Below are positions 42,127-44,881 of a DNA stretch of 44,881 nucleotides, piece by piece; the stretch's first letter is position 1, and each line of letters starts with the position of its first letter. The stretch comes from Escherichia phage SM_A2, in the sequence record PP920552.1; one strand, given 5' to 3'. Both the position numbers and the translations under genes were made by a program. The notes below the pieces were generated by a model. The model saw nothing but the letters and a program-made list of their open reading frames with translations. It made no database searches and was not told the DNA's origin.

Positions 42127-42417
42127 ATGGATAAGCTAAACGAGTGGTTATTCGCCCTTGCGTGTCTTGCTGGTGGCTTCGTAGGCGCACGCATTCATGG
42201 CGAGGCAACGAAAGGGCCGTTGAACTTCGTTTTGTATGTGGTAGTTGGCTTCCTGTGTGCCATATTTGGCGCACCGGCTATTGCCGAGTGGGCTGGTTTG
42301 TCTGGTGAGCGCACTGTTGCCGGTTTGGGCTTCGTAACTGCCATCTTCTGGATGCCAATAGCTGACCGGATCCGGGAGACTATTGCGTCGTTCCGACTTC
42401 CGGGGGGTGCAAAATGA
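42127..42417 (+). CDS. holin (putative)
   Basis: 96 aa with three predicted TM helices; immediately upstream of a second membrane protein and the endolysin. Confidence 0.6.
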   Translation: MDKLNEWLFALACLAGGFVGARIHGEATKGPLNFVLYVVVGFLCAIFGAPAIAEWAGLSGERTVAGLGFVTAIFWMPIADRIRETIASFRLPGGAK

Positions 42418-42659
42418 TTATCTCCGTCCTGTTGTTTGTTATCATAGGGGCTTCGTCCCTGTTTAACGTGTATGCGCCGTCCGTTCAGGATGGCTTCTTC
42501 GGTCGGGTGTTATATCTGCTAACAGCAATGACCTGTATTGTCGGGCTGTTGCAAACAGGAGACGTATCAGATACCACCTGGACCGCGTTAATCTGGCTGT
42601 TTGCATTGCGCACCCTGCGTAATGCTGTTTTGAATGGGGTAAAACATGCGATTCAGTGA
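42414..42659 (+). CDS. second holin / antiholin-like membrane protein
   Basis: 81 aa, 2-3 hydrophobic helices; ATGA-coupled to the holin; overlaps the endolysin start. Confidence 0.5.
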   Translation: MIISVLLFVIIGASSLFNVYAPSVQDGFFGRVLYLLTAMTCIVGLLQTGDVSDTTWTALIWLFALRTLRNAVLNGVKHAIQ

Positions 42660-43137
42660 TAACGGTCTACGATTTACGGCAGCCTGGGAGACTTTCAGCC
42701 CGGTGCCGTACTTCGCGACCAAGAAAGAGCAGGCCCGCGGCCTGTACACCTGGGGTTATGGGCACACCGGCACTAATCCGCCTCGAAGCATTACCCGTGC
42801 TGAAGCTCTGGAACTACTCAAGCGAGATGTGGCGTATGCCGAGGACTGGGTGAACAAATACGCACATCCGAGCATTAACCAGGCGCAATTCGACGCGCTG
42901 GTGGACCTGGTAATCAATGCCGGTCCTGGTCCGATCGTGCCGGACAACATTGCCAACGACTTTGACGATGCGGTGCGACTGGGAGACTGGGCGAAGGTCC
43001 GTGCTACTCTGCCGCAGTTCCGCAAGCAAGGCGGGTCGGTGCTCTTAGGTCTGGTGCGCCGTGCAATCGGCAGACAGGCGTTGTTTGATGGTAAGCAGTG
43101 GGACGTTGCCGAGAAAATCGGGCGAAACGCCGCATAA
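42646..43137 (+). CDS. endolysin (phage lysozyme-type)
   Basis: 163 aa; N-terminal catalytic-region pattern (WETF ... GLYTWGYGHTG) typical of T4/P21-type lysozymes; no signal sequence seen. Confidence 0.85.
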   Translation: MRFSDNGLRFTAAWETFSPVPYFATKKEQARGLYTWGYGHTGTNPPRSITRAEALELLKRDVAYAEDWVNKYAHPSINQAQFDALVDLVINAGPGPIVPDNIANDFDDAVRLGDWAKVRATLPQFRKQGGSVLLGLVRRAIGRQALFDGKQWDVAEKIGRNAA

Positions 43138-43152
43138 TACGAGGAACACAGT

Positions 43153-43320
43153 ATGTTAAAAAGCATTCTTGATCATAACGCCGACGCACTTGCTGCACTG
43201 GCTAAAACAGAAGATCCGGGCGCGCGAGCTATCATCGCGGATACTATCAACCACGCTGGGGTCTTCGATGCGAAGCTGCCAAGCCCACCCCCACCGGAAG
43301 ACCCAGTCCCCGCCGCGTAA
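43153..43320 (+). CDS. hypothetical small protein
   Basis: 55 aa ORF after the endolysin, Pro-rich C-terminus; below the ORF-track size cut-off. Confidence 0.3.
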   Translation: MLKSILDHNADALAALAKTEDPGARAIIADTINHAGVFDAKLPSPPPPEDPVPAA

Positions 43321-43327
43321 ACTATCA

Positions 43328-43351
43328 AGCCCGGTTAATTCCGGGCTTTTT
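43328..43351 (+). terminator. intrinsic terminator after lysis cassette
   Basis: AGCCCGG-TTAATT-CCGGGCT hairpin followed by T4-5. Confidence 0.75.
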
Positions 43352-43412
43352 ATTGCTTGACTCGGGACCGTGGTATATTGTCCTCTGACCAATAACCAGG
43401 AAGTTAATTAAT

Positions 43413-44555
43413 ATGCACCCGCAAACTAAAATCACCGACGAGCAATTGATCGCCGAGTTGCAATCCGGCACTACCTCGAAAGATATTGCGAAGAAATACG
43501 GGATTGCCCTACGCAATGTCTATATGCGGAAAGCCCGCCTATCGAAGAAAGGGATTGGACACGGCAACGATGCCGTAATCCGCAAGCGCGTTGCCGATGG
43601 CTTTGGGGTTAAGCGCGTATCGGCCCTGGTGCGCGGCAATGGCGAAGAGGTCATGTCGTGGGTTATTACGGAGCAGGACAAGGAGCGCCAACTCGAAGCT
43701 ATGCGCGCTGTTGTCGCGGGTATGAACAGCGAAATCACACCGGCAGCGCCAGTAAACGCCCCTCCAGTACCGATCCAGGCGCTCGACTTGCTCAACCTGT
43801 ACACCGTGTCAGACTTCCACTTGGGCATGTTGGCATGGGGCGAGGAGACTGGCGAAGACTGGGATATGGCGATCGCCGAAGACCTGTTCTACCGCTGGTT
43901 TGTAGAAGCCTTCGCACGCGCACCAGACGCAGGCACTGCCGTAATTAATATCCTCGGGGATATGGCCCACTTTGATAGCCTCGATGCTGTCACTCCGGCA
44001 AGTGGTCACGTACTGGACGCCGACACCCGCTACCAGAAACTGGTCCGATACATGATTCGCATGGTGCGCAACGTCGTCGAACTGGCGCTGCAAAAACACC
44101 ACAAAGTCAAACTGCTAATCGTCCAGGGAAATCATGACGAGTCGGGTATGATTTGGCTGGCTGAGATGTTCAATACTCTGTACGAGAACGAGCCGCGCGT
44201 CGATGTAGATACGTCACCGGACGTATACAAGATGGTGCAGCACGGTAAGACCACGCTGTTTTTCCACCACGGGCACAAAGCGCGATTCGATGCTATCGAG
44301 CCGGTTATGATTTCTAAATTCAGACAGGCTTTCGGGTCCAGTGAGTATAGCTACGCGCACGTAGGCCACTTGCACCACCAGAAGATTGTAGAATCCCGCA
44401 ACATGATTGTTGAACAGCACCGGACGCTCGCAGCGAAAGACGCCTACGCCAGTCGTGGCGGTTGGATGTCAGGTCGTAGTGCCAACGTCATTACCTACAG
44501 CGCCAACTACGGCGAAGTTGCACGCTTAACCATTAGCCCGGAAATGTTGAAATGA
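43413..44555 (+). CDS. calcineurin-like metallophosphoesterase with N-terminal HTH-like domain
   Basis: 380 aa; phosphoesterase motifs VSDFHLG (D-x-H), ILGDMAHFD (GD-x-x-D), QGNHDE (GNH[DE]) plus later His pairs; N-terminal 40 aa HTH-like. Confidence 0.7.
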   Translation: MHPQTKITDEQLIAELQSGTTSKDIAKKYGIALRNVYMRKARLSKKGIGHGNDAVIRKRVADGFGVKRVSALVRGNGEEVMSWVITEQDKERQLEAMRAVVAGMNSEITPAAPVNAPPVPIQALDLLNLYTVSDFHLGMLAWGEETGEDWDMAIAEDLFYRWFVEAFARAPDAGTAVINILGDMAHFDSLDAVTPASGHVLDADTRYQKLVRYMIRMVRNVVELALQKHHKVKLLIVQGNHDESGMIWLAEMFNTLYENEPRVDVDTSPDVYKMVQHGKTTLFFHHGHKARFDAIEPVMISKFRQAFGSSEYSYAHVGHLHHQKIVESRNMIVEQHRTLAAKDAYASRGGWMSGRSANVITYSANYGEVARLTISPEMLK

Positions 44556-44764
44556 TTAGACAAATATTCATGAGCACGCAGGCCGATCGCCTGAAAGAAC
44601 TACGCAAACAACTCGAAGGCTTGCGCCGATTCGAACGAACGGCAGCGGCGGTAGGCATGTCTATCAGCGAACGGATCGAGATACTATCGCAAATACGCTA
44701 CACAGAAGGCGCGATAAGAGAAGTACAAAGCATGTTAACCCGATACTACGGGCGTGACGTTTAA
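44552..44764 (+). CDS. hypothetical protein
   Basis: 70 aa; ATGA-coupled to the phosphoesterase; coiled-coil-like; followed by a T-rich putative terminator (about 44768-44797). Confidence 0.45.
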   Translation: MIRQIFMSTQADRLKELRKQLEGLRRFERTAAAVGMSISERIEILSQIRYTEGAIREVQSMLTRYYGRDV

Positions 44765-44881
44765 CCCTCCCAGCCTGCCGATTTGGTGGGCTTTTTTGTG
44801 CCTGTTATAATCCCAATTAGATGGCAGGGCCGTCTCCTATGTTGCCGATGGTCGGCGCATATGCACAAAAGGGCTTATATC

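Overview
The window reads as a complete or near-complete genome (about 44.9 kb) of a tailed dsDNA phage with a lambda-like siphovirus tail, infecting a Gram-negative (probably enterobacterial) host. All calls below come from reading the sequence and the ORF track; no database search was run, so family names are motif-based inferences. Layout: (1) 1-24341, plus strand: packaging, head, tail and tail-fibre genes, with a spanin pair and three minus-strand accessory genes embedded; (2) 24368-36641, minus strand: replication and DNA-modification genes; (3) 37046-44764, plus strand: HTH regulator, primase-helicase, a run of small coupled genes, then the lysis cassette and a metallophosphoesterase. 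No integrase or repressor was recognised, which suggests a virulent lifestyle. No tRNA, rRNA or CRISPR array was found. The observations I rate highest are: two paralogous non-coding elements (12205-12588 and 39651-40130) built from GCGGGACA iterons plus a conserved long hairpin; a recurring ATTGGTTGCA promoter-associated motif; an independently promoted minus-strand gene pair inside the head module (5007-6130); a candidate superinfection-exclusion lipoprotein next to the tail fibre gene; an in-frame hexanucleotide microsatellite with a 111-bp tandem duplication; and a charged-repeat protein as first gene of the leftward operon. I cannot say which, if any, is the undescribed system; these are ranked candidates.
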